This document shows positions 19,277 through 33,562 of a DNA stretch of 52,500 nucleotides, one piece after another. The DNA is from a virus (taxonomy: Duplodnaviria > Caudoviricetes), in IMG/VR virus record IMGVR_UViG_3300025138_000057, positions 1-52,500 of that record; one strand, 5' to 3'. The position numbers were made by a program, and so were the translations under genes. Each line of letters opens with the position of its first letter. Within the stretch, counting starts at the first letter, position 1. The notes beneath the pieces were generated by a model that saw only the letters and a list, made by a program, of their open reading frames with translations, was not told where the DNA came from and made no database searches.

Positions 19277-20663
19277 CCCACCTTTCTTGATGTATGTTAT
19301 ATTGATCATCGTAGGGATACTTTTTCCATCCATACTTATTCCACTCCAACTCTATACCTTCTTTAGGAAAAGATTTAAAAATTTTCTTAGTTATAGACTC
19401 ACTTAATTCTAATGCTTCACTATAGTTAGTTGAGTTATCGTAGAGATATTCATCTGGTTTTAGTAGCCATTTTTTAATTCGTTCATCAAAGTTAGAGCAA
19501 TAGTGACTTCCTATATAAGATTCAGTTCTAATATAACAATCGTAATATTTCCAGTAATCCTCTCTTTTCATATTTACTTTATCTTCTATTCCTAGATCTT
19601 CTAAAGGAGTATCAAATAAGTCTAATAAATCTTCTCTATTACCCCAAAATATATGATCTCTAGGGTGGAACGGAAATGCATAAAAATTACCTGCTGTTAA
19701 TATTCTATTCTTAGGACGAGATTCATCGTTTTCAAAATTTAATACTTTTTGGTTATTCTTTAAAAAGAAGTTGTACATATTAATCATGCTTTGGTGATCA
19801 TATCTTTGATCATTACGCATCTTAATAGCAAATTCAGTAGTAGAATATTTTAATCCATTATAAGAAGAGACGATTTGTAAATTTCTATTTCCAGTACCAT
19901 TTACCTTTGGGTAATGATTCTGAATATAAGAGATACGTGGATTATTATTTACTGGGGTATTATCATCTACCCAACAAGATATAATAACTTTATTTATAAA
20001 GTTTAATTCTAAATAATGCTTTGCTGTTTCCAAAACATAATCTGAGTATTTACCCTGTAGTATTATATCTAATTTTTTACCATCATGATTGTTTATTTCT
20101 AAACCAAAATGATCTATATTTTCTTTGGCAAGTTCTTTATATCTACCGTATATATCTGATCTATTATAAAGTTGTAACCAAAGTTCTTTACATTGTTCTC
20201 TCTGTCCTACATACCAACTACTAAAAGCCTTTTGCATTGGTAATGCAAAGTCACCAGGATATGTTATGTCAGTCCTTAATTTAGGTAAATTAAAATTACA
20301 TAATTCTAAACCTGTACTAGCGTAGTAGTAACACTCTTTCCACTCTTTTTCAGATTCGTGTAAAGTACTTAAGAGGTAGTAAGCTTCAGGACGTTTTGGG
20401 TGTTGAGTTATTGCTGTTAATAATTGCTGTTTTTCAAACCAAGGTCTTTTTTTAGTTTTATGCATCATTAACCATGTCTTAATAAGACATTCATAAACTA
20501 AATCTCTATCCTTAGATAATTCAGCACATCTTAAATAAAAAGATAATGCTGCTGCATTTTGGCCTGCTTTCTCATATTCGTATGCTAGCCAGTAGTTATT
20601 ATCCGGTTTAGTAGTATCTTCTAGATACTTATTTAATAAAGGTATAATATTATTTTCTACCAT
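19260..20663 (-). CDS. TPR-repeat protein fused to a WavE-like (GT-A-like) LPS synthesis domain
   Basis: N-terminal TPR (AALSFYLRCAE, PKRPEAYY); C-terminal IILQG, IISCW, NRNLQIVSS..GL, AIKMRND, FHPRDHIFWG. Confidence 0.7.
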   Translation of the reverse strand: MVENNIIPLLNKYLEDTTKPDNNYWLAYEYEKAGQNAAALSFYLRCAELSKDRDLVYECLIKTWLMMHKTKKRPWFEKQQLLTAITQHPKRPEAYYLLSTLHESEKEWKECYYYASTGLELCNFNLPKLRTDITYPGDFALPMQKAFSSWYVGQREQCKELWLQLYNRSDIYGRYKELAKENIDHFGLEINNHDGKKLDIILQGKYSDYVLETAKHYLELNFINKVIISCWVDDNTPVNNNPRISYIQNHYPKVNGTGNRNLQIVSSYNGLKYSTTEFAIKMRNDQRYDHQSMINMYNFFLKNNQKVLNFENDESRPKNRILTAGNFYAFPFHPRDHIFWGNREDLLDLFDTPLEDLGIEDKVNMKREDYWKYYDCYIRTESYIGSHYCSNFDERIKKWLLKPDEYLYDNSTNYSEALELSESITKKIFKSFPKEGIELEWNKYGWKKYPYDDQYNIHQERWDEDGY

Positions 20664-22413
20664 ATTCTATATAAACGTTTAGTTGAGCTCCTCCTTGATT
20701 ATTCCAACTAAAATCTTTTAACCATTGATTATCTGACATTTTAGAAGTAACGTTATTTCCTTGTCTATCTTCTATAATATAGGTTGCTCCATCAATAAGG
20801 TACTTATCTTTAAATTTATAAAAATTATCTAGAGCATCTGGGATTCCCCATAAATGAAATTCACCTGCTATTTTCTTAACGTTATTATAAATCCAATCAA
20901 AATTATCTTCTGTAAAAACTGAGTATTCTCCTCCTTCACAGTCACATTTTAAAAAATCTATTTTTTTAATTTTATATTTTTCTATAAAGTTTGTAAATGT
21001 AATCGTATCAAAAGTTGAACTAGCATTATCATATATGTTTATATCATCGTCTTTCTGTAATACTACTTTATCTTCTTTATAATTTCCTATTCTATAATTT
21101 ACTATGTCTACTTTATTACTCTCCCCAATATTTTTAGTTAAAGTTGGGAGGAGTAATCTTGAAGGTTCGATGCTGTACAGATGTTTAATATTTTTCTTTA
21201 AAGCAAGGTAAGAAAAAGCTCCAACGTTAGCTCCTATGTCTACTACTACATCTCCTTCTTCTACTTCATTATATTTTTGATAGATATTGTCTATAAAAAT
21301 TTCTTGATTAATAATTTTAGACAAATAAGGTTCATTAAATTCCCAACTAAACTCTTTATACTTGCAATCAAATTTAGTATCTTTATCTAAATCTACATAA
21401 GTAAGTAAATCTAAAACTTTATTTGGCATTTTAAGAATATAAGCTGCATTGTCTTGATATCCAAATGAAATTAAAAGGTCATTTTCTTTTTTTGCTAAAC
21501 CACAACAAAACTCAATTTGAGTATCCATAAACTTAAAAGGTTCTGTTATTTTTACTAAATTCCAATTTTTATCCCAGAATAAAAATCTATGGTAATATTT
21601 AGCATCTTTTGTATCACCCTCATTAATCCAATAATCACATTCGTGTATAATTGCTAATTTATAATCTCCGTAATTAATAACCTGTGAACCTCCTCTAATA
21701 TTTCTTATATTTGGGATTGTATAGCTCCTATTAATTACTGTTTGGCTAGATATAGTATCTAGTTTACCTTCAGCTACTGTTTGTTTTGTAATATTGGTAG
21801 GATCTACTTTTATAATCTCTAAAGGATTTGACCATCTTATATAATGGTAAGGCATATCTAAAATGGGCATCCAATTTTTTTCAAGGTGTGTATGAGGATC
21901 AACTTCAATTCTTAATCTAGAAACTTCTCTACATTCTTCTGAGTTATAAGAAAGTTCGCATAATTCCATTCTACCTTCACCATCATCTTTAACATCCCTT
22001 CTAACCCCAGATACGTAAAGTTTATTATCCCACCTTACTACCCTAGAATCTTCTAAACCTATGAATTCCCAAATAGGTTTAATATCGTGTTCCGAAGTAT
22101 CTACTTTAATAAAATCTTCTATAAAGAGTGTATCAGGGTCAATTTTACATATATAGTTACCTGTTTTAAGACTAATATCATCTTCAGGATTTAAGTAAGC
22201 TAAACACCCCCAACCACTATAGTATTTTTGTTGGAATTCACTATGGTATAGAGTATAATGTACGTGTCTAAGATTTAAAAGTATATCTCCGTTGGTGTCT
22301 ATAAAAATAGAAGAATTACATAAACCTGTACCGTCAATTAAATCCCCAGGTATAATTGAAGGAGATAACTTACCTCCATTATCAATACATAACTTAGAAA
22401 GATTCCTAATCAT
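20650..22413 (-). CDS. Five-bladed beta-propeller (GH130/GH43-like) fused to an FkbM-family O-methyltransferase
   Basis: NSSI, GLEDSRV, EKNWMP, RGGS, EFCCG, SFGYQD; then VVDIGANVG..IEPS and IDFLKCDCEGGE. Confidence 0.8.
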   Translation of the reverse strand: MIRNLSKLCIDNGGKLSPSIIPGDLIDGTGLCNSSIFIDTNGDILLNLRHVHYTLYHSEFQQKYYSGWGCLAYLNPEDDISLKTGNYICKIDPDTLFIEDFIKVDTSEHDIKPIWEFIGLEDSRVVRWDNKLYVSGVRRDVKDDGEGRMELCELSYNSEECREVSRLRIEVDPHTHLEKNWMPILDMPYHYIRWSNPLEIIKVDPTNITKQTVAEGKLDTISSQTVINRSYTIPNIRNIRGGSQVINYGDYKLAIIHECDYWINEGDTKDAKYYHRFLFWDKNWNLVKITEPFKFMDTQIEFCCGLAKKENDLLISFGYQDNAAYILKMPNKVLDLLTYVDLDKDTKFDCKYKEFSWEFNEPYLSKIINQEIFIDNIYQKYNEVEEGDVVVDIGANVGAFSYLALKKNIKHLYSIEPSRLLLPTLTKNIGESNKVDIVNYRIGNYKEDKVVLQKDDDINIYDNASSTFDTITFTNFIEKYKIKKIDFLKCDCEGGEYSVFTEDNFDWIYNNVKKIAGEFHLWGIPDALDNFYKFKDKYLIDGATYIIEDRQGNNVTSKMSDNQWLKDFSWNNQGGAQLNVYIEYGRK

Positions 22414-22414
22414 A

Positions 22415-23008
22415 TTATCTGTAATGAGAACCTCCTACCCAAAGTACAAAAGATTTTCTAATTCCTTTAGTAACAGGTGTAACTCTATGCATCATATAAG
22501 AAGGAAAAATAAATACTGATCCTGCTCCTTTATAAGCAGTAGTAGCATTTTCTTCTGAGCCTCCAGTCCATAAGTCTAAATTACCGCCTTCATATTCATC
22601 TGTATCAGAAAGTTGAACAGTAATAGATACCTTACGTTTAGAAAGTATACCTGGTCCTATGTCTTGGTGCCAAGTATAATGTCCTTTATCTTTAGCATCG
22701 TATTCTGTATATTGAATTAATTCAGGGATTGAATGAAGATCAAAATCCCACAGTACATCATTAGCTTCTACAACTAAATTAGATAGTTTTTCGTATAACC
22801 AGTGCCATTCTATATTTTGTGGAATCCATCTTACTTTTGAAGAACGAATATCATCTTTACCACCTCCTACAGTAGTAGCTTTAGATTCTTCTAATGATTT
22901 AATTCCTTTAGCAATTTTTGCTAATTCTTTTTTATCAAATCCTTTCTCGTAAAAGTAGTAATTTTGAGCGTCTGTTTCTTTTTGGTCAAAGTTGTAACTA
23001 TTGTGCAT
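22415..23008 (-). CDS. 2OG-Fe(II) oxygenase (prolyl 4-hydroxylase/PKHD-like)
   Basis: YTWHQD (HxD), YEGGNL, FPSYMMHRVTPVTKGIRKSFVLW. Confidence 0.9.
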   Translation of the reverse strand: MHNSYNFDQKETDAQNYYFYEKGFDKKELAKIAKGIKSLEESKATTVGGGKDDIRSSKVRWIPQNIEWHWLYEKLSNLVVEANDVLWDFDLHSIPELIQYTEYDAKDKGHYTWHQDIGPGILSKRKVSITVQLSDTDEYEGGNLDLWTGGSEENATTAYKGAGSVFIFPSYMMHRVTPVTKGIRKSFVLWVGGSHYR

Positions 23009-23048
23009 GTGTATGTATTTTAAAAATTCAATCGATTAATTTATATGT

Positions 23049-23080
23049 CTAATATATGAAAACTATTTAAAGTTTCCAAA
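23049..23080 (-). promoter_or_regulatory. Bacteroidota sigma-type promoter (TTTG-N20-TATATTAG) heading the enzyme operon
   Basis: Minus strand TTTG gaaactttaaatagttttca TATATTAG. Confidence 0.7.
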
Positions 23081-23097
23081 TTATTTTTATTTTTCTA

Positions 23098-23856
23098 TTA
23101 TGCTCCTGATACTTGTTTTATATTAGCTGTTGCTACACCTGTAATTTTAGATATATTAGTAGATGCTACACCTAATACGTTATTACCATAACCATCAAAA
23201 TAGTCTATAACTATTCTCATTCTTTTGCCGTATGAATCACTTGTCCCATTTATAAACCTTATTCCATTATAAGCAGAAGTATTAAGAGCAGGTGATTCTG
23301 CTTCAAAATCATAATCATAATTCATAAACACAATTTTAAGAATATTGTTTGAATTAGCATCACTGACTGCAGTAGAATTTAAATCTATATCAAAGGTGGT
23401 TGTAGTACTTGTAGTAGTAGGCCACGCTGGAATGGTTGATTCTGAGGTAGCATGTTGAACTGCTGAATATGCAGTAGTAGTGTAATCATTAAAATCACTA
23501 GCCTGGTATGTGGTACCATTAAGGGGTGCTGCATTTGATTTTGCTACTATTGCATTTCCAGTAGAAAGGCTATAGGGGAGAAGTCGTAAAGTTATAGCAG
23601 TAATATTACCTTGAGCTTCAGATGGTATCGAAAATTGTGCAAATGTTCTAGTGGCTGTTCCTGAATTCCCACTTCTACCAGGTCCATATTGTGCAGCGAT
23701 TGCAGTAGATTTAGCTGATGTTCCTGTACCTGTTAGGTTAACATTAGATACAAAAGTAGCAGTAGAAGCATCTTGGACATCGTTTTCCCAGTCGCTTGTT
23801 GTTGCGGTTTTTGTAAGTTGACCTAATGCGGTTCTAAAAGCTTCTACTTGTGGCAT
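23098..23856 (-). CDS. Thr/Ser/Ala-rich virion-like protein (252 aa)
   Basis: Beta-rich composition; C-terminal short repeat VLGVASTNISKITGVATANIKQV. Confidence 0.6.
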   Translation of the reverse strand: MPQVEAFRTALGQLTKTATTSDWENDVQDASTATFVSNVNLTGTGTSAKSTAIAAQYGPGRSGNSGTATRTFAQFSIPSEAQGNITAITLRLLPYSLSTGNAIVAKSNAAPLNGTTYQASDFNDYTTTAYSAVQHATSESTIPAWPTTTSTTTTFDIDLNSTAVSDANSNNILKIVFMNYDYDFEAESPALNTSAYNGIRFINGTSDSYGKRMRIVIDYFDGYGNNVLGVASTNISKITGVATANIKQVSGA

Positions 23857-23859
23857 AAT

Positions 23860-24423
23860 TTAAAACTGTTTTTTAGGTAAACTGTAATGTTTATAATTAA
23901 AATAAGAATTTGCAGGAGGGTCGACTGGTATAACTTCATATACTACATCAGGTATTTCAAAAAAGTTTCTGGAACCCGACATCCCGTTCCACCATGTAGC
24001 AACTCCTCCTGATTTAGTTAGACTCGCTAAAGAGGAAGAAAAGTGGGCTAAATCTTTATCTCCAAATGTATCGTAAAATACTCCATCGTAAGTAGATAAT
24101 TTACTTAAATTATCATACCAACTACCGGTAACTATACTAACGTTACTCTTACCAGAAGCCCATGACTGTGCTTTTGGAATAATATCCGGATGATTTTCTA
24201 TTATAGTATGAGAATTAATAGAATGAGACTGTATATATCCTGCTGATATTCCCATACCAAATCCTATTTCTAAAATATCACCGCCATTTTTAGTAGCATA
24301 TGCTGCAGATGCAGACATTAGAGAATCTTCCCAATCCATCATTACTTCAGTTTCAACTGAGGTAGAACCTGTGTAATATATCTTATCAGATGTAAAAGTA
24401 AGACTTTGTGATGTATATAACAT
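23860..24423 (-). CDS. SAM-dependent methyltransferase, guanidinoacetate N-methyltransferase/RMT2-like
   Basis: VMMDWE..M, ILEIGFGMGISA, HTIIE, YDGVFYDTF. Likely start at 24423 (ORF track 24453). Confidence 0.8.
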   Translation of the reverse strand: MLYTSQSLTFTSDKIYYTGSTSVETEVMMDWEDSLMSASAAYATKNGGDILEIGFGMGISAGYIQSHSINSHTIIENHPDIIPKAQSWASGKSNVSIVTGSWYDNLSKLSTYDGVFYDTFGDKDLAHFSSSLASLTKSGGVATWWNGMSGSRNFFEIPDVVYEVIPVDPPANSYFNYKHYSLPKKQF

Positions 24424-24434
24424 ATTATTTATTA

Positions 24435-29597
<5,163 letters not shown>

Positions 29598-29598
29598 T

Positions 29599-29650
29599 TA
29601 TTACGGTTGGTTACTAGAAATATTCTAGCCCACTTCCTTTACGGACCTAT
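29599..29650 (-). promoter_or_regulatory. Candidate structured 5' leader RNA of the collagen fibre gene
   Basis: GC-enriched intergenic island with hairpins TCC-GTAAA-GGA and CTAGAA-TAT-TTCTAG. Confidence 0.5.
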
Positions 29651-29666
29651 AATACAATGATAAATA

Positions 29667-29921
29667 TTAAGATTTTTTCTTTCCTCGATTCTGTTTTTTA
29701 ATAGTTTCGGGGTCACTTTGAATGGCTTTTTCTAAGGCATTTTGTTTTGAAAATTCTTCCTGTTTTATGTGATTTTCTATGGTTTGAATTTGACTTGCAA
29801 CTTTATGTTGTAATAAAGCAATAAAAGAAGCATCAATACCACTAATAGGGATGTAGTCTAGAGACTTACGTAAAGCTTTAATCTCTCTTAGGGAGAGATC
29901 ATCTATAGAGAATATTATCAT
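29667..29921 (-). CDS. Small helical protein, possible fibre chaperone
   Basis: 84 aa ORF between fibre genes. Confidence 0.6.
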   Translation of the reverse strand: MIIFSIDDLSLREIKALRKSLDYIPISGIDASFIALLQHKVASQIQTIENHIKQEEFSKQNALEKAIQSDPETIKKQNRGKKKS

Positions 29922-30178
29922 AATTTCATATTTTTAGTTCTTAAATCTACAAAATGTTTTTGAAGTTTCAAAGTTAAATTATAAAGAATTTCTACATATT
30001 CTCCTTTAAATAAACCATTTTTTATAGTAACTAAGATAAATTCTAATTCTTTTTCTGAAAGTTCTATTTTTGTTGTTAAAAAATCAGAAGAGGAAGACTC
30101 TTTTTTTTGAGCCTTTCCCCCTAATTCTAAATTTCCTGCTTTAAATGACATAAACTTTTTTAATATTTTATAAAACAA
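29918..30178 (-). CDS. Small helical protein, possible fibre chaperone
   Basis: LSEKELEFIL..IKNGLFKGE; likely start at ATG 30151. Confidence 0.6.
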   Translation of the reverse strand: MFYKILKKFMSFKAGNLELGGKAQKKESSSSDFLTTKIELSEKELEFILVTIKNGLFKGEYVEILYNLTLKLQKHFVDLRTKNMKL

Positions 30179-30191
30179 TTTTTTTTAATTT

Positions 30192-31598
30192 TTAAGAATA
30201 AATATAAATATCTGAATTATTAGCAACAAATATATTTCCTTTTTTATCATATCTAGCAGGTGCATCATCTGGATCGTCAGTTGAACCTTCTACTACAGCT
30301 GAAATAAATGCCTCTGGGGTATATGCTGTATCACTTGCGTCAAATGCTGATTTTAATCCCCAACGTGTTGTACCGGAATCAAATGCAAATAATTCACCTA
30401 CTGCATTTGCAGCTTGTTGTATTACTATACCACCATCTCCTACACTAGTTGAACCAGAAGCCATTAGGATAAATCTATCTTTAATAGCTAATTCTTCATT
30501 ATGTTGGAAAGAAGCTGTACCTTGTACTATTAAGTTTCCTGTTAAAATTTCATTACCCGTTACTGTTAAAGTAGTACCATCAAATGTAAGATTAGCTTCA
30601 GCATTCATTGCATCAGCACCTGTTGCTGTTACAACTCTGTTATTAACACCATTAGTTAAAAAATCAGATACATCTACCGAGATCGAATCTGCGGCAACAT
30701 CAATACCAGTACCTGCACCAACTGCTAAAGCTGAACTATCACCTCCTGTTAAACCATTTCCCGCTATTGATGAAGAAATTTGTACTGGTGTAATCTTACC
30801 ATCTGCTACTTTAATACCTCCTGAACCTACAGCAATTGTATCACCGTCAGCTTGAACAGCTACTTGGGCTGTTGAAGAACCATCATAAGTAAAATCAGCA
30901 ATACCATTACCATCTGTTAAATCTGGTAAGTTAGTTGTACCTGTAAAAATACCAGTATAAGAACCACTAAATGAACCTGTAAATTGATTAGTACCTGCAA
31001 TACCTAATGAAGAAGAGATTGCAGCTGAGTCGATACCACCATCTTTTATACTAATAGTTCTAGCAGCACTACCATTGTATGTTGTGCCTGAGTCTAATTG
31101 TAGAGATACATTATCAACTGTTAAATTATTTAAGTTACTACCTAAAGCTACACCTGAAATAGTATTATTTTGAATATTAGTACCATTAATTTGAGCTGAA
31201 CCTGAAACTAGTCCAGAAGGGATACTTGCTAAAGAACTAAATGGATATCCAGTAGCATCTGATAAATTAAATGCTGGTGTAGAATCTGATGCTCCTAGAT
31301 CTAATGATACTCCACCAAAACTAACAGAATCATTTGCTAATGAAGTATTAGGAATTGCGGATAATGTAAAAGTTGCTGTTCTTGTTCCTGCATTAGCACT
31401 AATTTTTAAACCTGCTCCCGAACCTGAAATAATGTTAAAGGATCCAGTTGTAGCATTTGCTAATATGTCTGTACCACCAAAAGATCCAGTAGAAAAACCG
31501 TTTGGTACTGATAAAGTTCCGGAGGTTAAGAATCCTGCATCATTTGCGAATTGCGATACACCAGATCCTGATATCGCGAGTTTTTTCCAAGTTGCCAT
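30192..31598 (-). CDS. Fibre/virion structural protein (468 aa)
   Basis: G/S/T-rich; N-terminus MATWKKLAISGS resembles the collagen fibre N-terminus; shares the [13 protein letters not shown] module. Confidence 0.75.
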   Translation of the reverse strand: MATWKKLAISGSGVSQFANDAGFLTSGTLSVPNGFSTGSFGGTDILANATTGSFNIISGSGAGLKISANAGTRTATFTLSAIPNTSLANDSVSFGGVSLDLGASDSTPAFNLSDATGYPFSSLASIPSGLVSGSAQINGTNIQNNTISGVALGSNLNNLTVDNVSLQLDSGTTYNGSAARTISIKDGGIDSAAISSSLGIAGTNQFTGSFSGSYTGIFTGTTNLPDLTDGNGIADFTYDGSSTAQVAVQADGDTIAVGSGGIKVADGKITPVQISSSIAGNGLTGGDSSALAVGAGTGIDVAADSISVDVSDFLTNGVNNRVVTATGADAMNAEANLTFDGTTLTVTGNEILTGNLIVQGTASFQHNEELAIKDRFILMASGSTSVGDGGIVIQQAANAVGELFAFDSGTTRWGLKSAFDASDTAYTPEAFISAVVEGSTDDPDDAPARYDKKGNIFVANNSDIYIYS

Positions 31599-31639
31599 TT
31601 ATATAAATTTTTTTAAATTATTGTTTATTATACATATTA

Positions 31640-32023
31640 TTAAGATGATACTCCTATCCAAAATGAATCAGAGTTGTATATAATACCCCCAGCTACTGCT
31701 GTGGGTCTAGAAGCATATTCTATTAGTTGTAAAACCCCTGCACTATTTACTTTTATACCTTGATCAGTATTAGCATTTTTTATTAAAAGCAAATCACTAC
31801 TAGTAGTATCTCTTATCTCAAATCTAGAAGTACCAGCGGCTCCTCCTACTGCTAAATTAATTCCATTAAATTGTAATTGTGCTTCACCGTTAATAATTTC
31901 ATTATTTCCAGTAGCAGTTAATACAAAATTATCAACATTATTAGAAATAGTTATCCCACTACTACCCCCCGTAGAAGAATAAGCTCCAACTTTTAATTGG
32001 TCTACAAATCTTACATTAGCCAT
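31640..32023 (-). CDS. Small fibre-like structural protein (127 aa)
   Basis: Contains a VLTATG..INGEAQLQFNG module and a C-terminal PTAVAGGIIYN..FWIG. Confidence 0.65.
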   Translation of the reverse strand: MANVRFVDQLKVGAYSSTGGSSGITISNNVDNFVLTATGNNEIINGEAQLQFNGINLAVGGAAGTSRFEIRDTTSSDLLLIKNANTDQGIKVNSAGVLQLIEYASRPTAVAGGIIYNSDSFWIGVSS

Positions 32024-32026
32024 TTT

Positions 32027-33013
32027 TTAACTTTTTAATTCTCTTCCTGCACTTATATCTTGTACATCGGAAACATTACCTTTTACTTCTCTTTTTATTC
32101 TTGTTCTACCATCTTTAAGTTTTCTTACATCTGGATCAAATATATCTGAATTTGATACTGTTTCCATTTGAATAATAATTTTAGATTTAGAATTATATTT
32201 TTTCATTGATAATAAATCTTTTTGGATTACGTCAGGGATAATATATCCTCTTAATCTTATATTAAAAGTTCCTGTTACTAATCTATCTTGTCCTGTTGTT
32301 AGTTCTGTAGCCGTAGTAAAACTATCTATAAATGCTCTAAATTTAAATCTTTCTGGGTCACCCCAATAAGAATCAGAAGCATATTCTACAGATTCAATTA
32401 TCTTATTAAGTTGTTCCATATAATAAGTTTGAATAATGCAACTATAAGATAAAGTTACATAATCAGGTACAACTACTGTATGATATTGTTTAACTGGTGT
32501 TCTATTATTTAATACAGAAAAATTAGAATAAAAATTCTTTGGATTAAATTCTTTTTGAAAAATCCCATATAAATTAGGACTATTAGCATCTAATTTATTA
32601 TATACTGTTCTATCTTTATCTATAGTATCTCTTTTTATTACTATAATAGGATACATTACTGCTCCACTCTTATCTCTATAGTATCCATCTTTTTGAAATG
32701 ATTTCCACCTTTCAGGGGCACCATAAATTATAGGTACATTTCTTCTAATTCCATTTTGGTATACAAAGGGTTGGATAACATTCTTAAAATAAAAAAACAC
32801 AGCTTCATCTAAATCCTTTATTCCTATAGAAAAAGGTTTTGAATTATCTCCTTTAAAACTTAATTTTTCAGACCTATTAAAATTAATACCTGTTTCATTT
32901 TCATTAGGGTTAATTTTATCATTAGGATTACCCCTAACAGCATCAAAGGGTTTTTGAAGATTTTTACTAATCTCTTTTTGAGTTTTTGGTATGGGTTTTC
33001 TATATTGTGCCAT
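32027..33013 (-). CDS. Tail terminator/sheath stabiliser-like (T4 gp15-like)
   Basis: VPIIYGAPERW, PIIVIKR, VPDYVTLSY..EQLNKIIE; follows the neck genes. Confidence 0.65.
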   Translation of the reverse strand: MAQYRKPIPKTQKEISKNLQKPFDAVRGNPNDKINPNENETGINFNRSEKLSFKGDNSKPFSIGIKDLDEAVFFYFKNVIQPFVYQNGIRRNVPIIYGAPERWKSFQKDGYYRDKSGAVMYPIIVIKRDTIDKDRTVYNKLDANSPNLYGIFQKEFNPKNFYSNFSVLNNRTPVKQYHTVVVPDYVTLSYSCIIQTYYMEQLNKIIESVEYASDSYWGDPERFKFRAFIDSFTTATELTTGQDRLVTGTFNIRLRGYIIPDVIQKDLLSMKKYNSKSKIIIQMETVSNSDIFDPDVRKLKDGRTRIKREVKGNVSDVQDISAGRELKS

Positions 33014-33561
33014 TAAAATCTTTCTTTATAAGGTGATATAGCTACTTTATCAGCAGGTATATAATAAGTATTACAAATTATTGATAAATTAGTACCAAAT
33101 TCTTCTAATCCAGGATTAAGTGGATTTTCATTATTAGGATAACTTGGATTTTTACCTGTCCAATACTGGTTAGATATTGTACTTTCTACCCCATAGTATC
33201 TTTCTTGATACAAAATAATATCTCCAACTCCTGGGACTACTTCTGCATTTGGATTCCCATCTGGGTAACCTGGTCCAACACCTTTTAAATCGTCTCTTAA
33301 AAATGAAAAGCTAATACCCTGTTGGAAGCTTACTTCTTCGGATGATATAGGATATTGTTGATCCTGTCTATCAATCAAACAATTAAAAATAAAAGGTCCA
33401 TTATAAAATTTTTCACCTGCTGCTTCTCCGTATAAATTAACTTTAGTTTCTTCTAGTTTAAATTGATAAAAAGAAGCTTGTTGGGTAATTATATTACCCA
33501 TTAATTCTCTATTTAGGTTCCTAACTAGAGATACATCTCTTTCTCCACCAAACATTGCCAT
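33013..33561 (-). CDS. Neck/head-closure protein (T4 gp14-like)
   Basis: NLYGEA..K, P.VGDII.Y; adjacent to the gp13-like gene. Confidence 0.65.
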   Translation of the reverse strand: MAMFGGERDVSLVRNLNRELMGNIITQQASFYQFKLEETKVNLYGEAAGEKFYNGPFIFNCLIDRQDQQYPISSEEVSFQQGISFSFLRDDLKGVGPGYPDGNPNAEVVPGVGDIILYQERYYGVESTISNQYWTGKNPSYPNNENPLNPGLEEFGTNLSIICNTYYIPADKVAISPYKERF

Positions 33562-33562
33562 A

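Noticed and set aside
29599-29650. tRNA, hammerhead ribozyme or terminator call for this element
   Set aside because: No cloverleaf, no CUGAnGA/GAAA core and no U-tract on the coding strand; kept only as an unnamed structured leader
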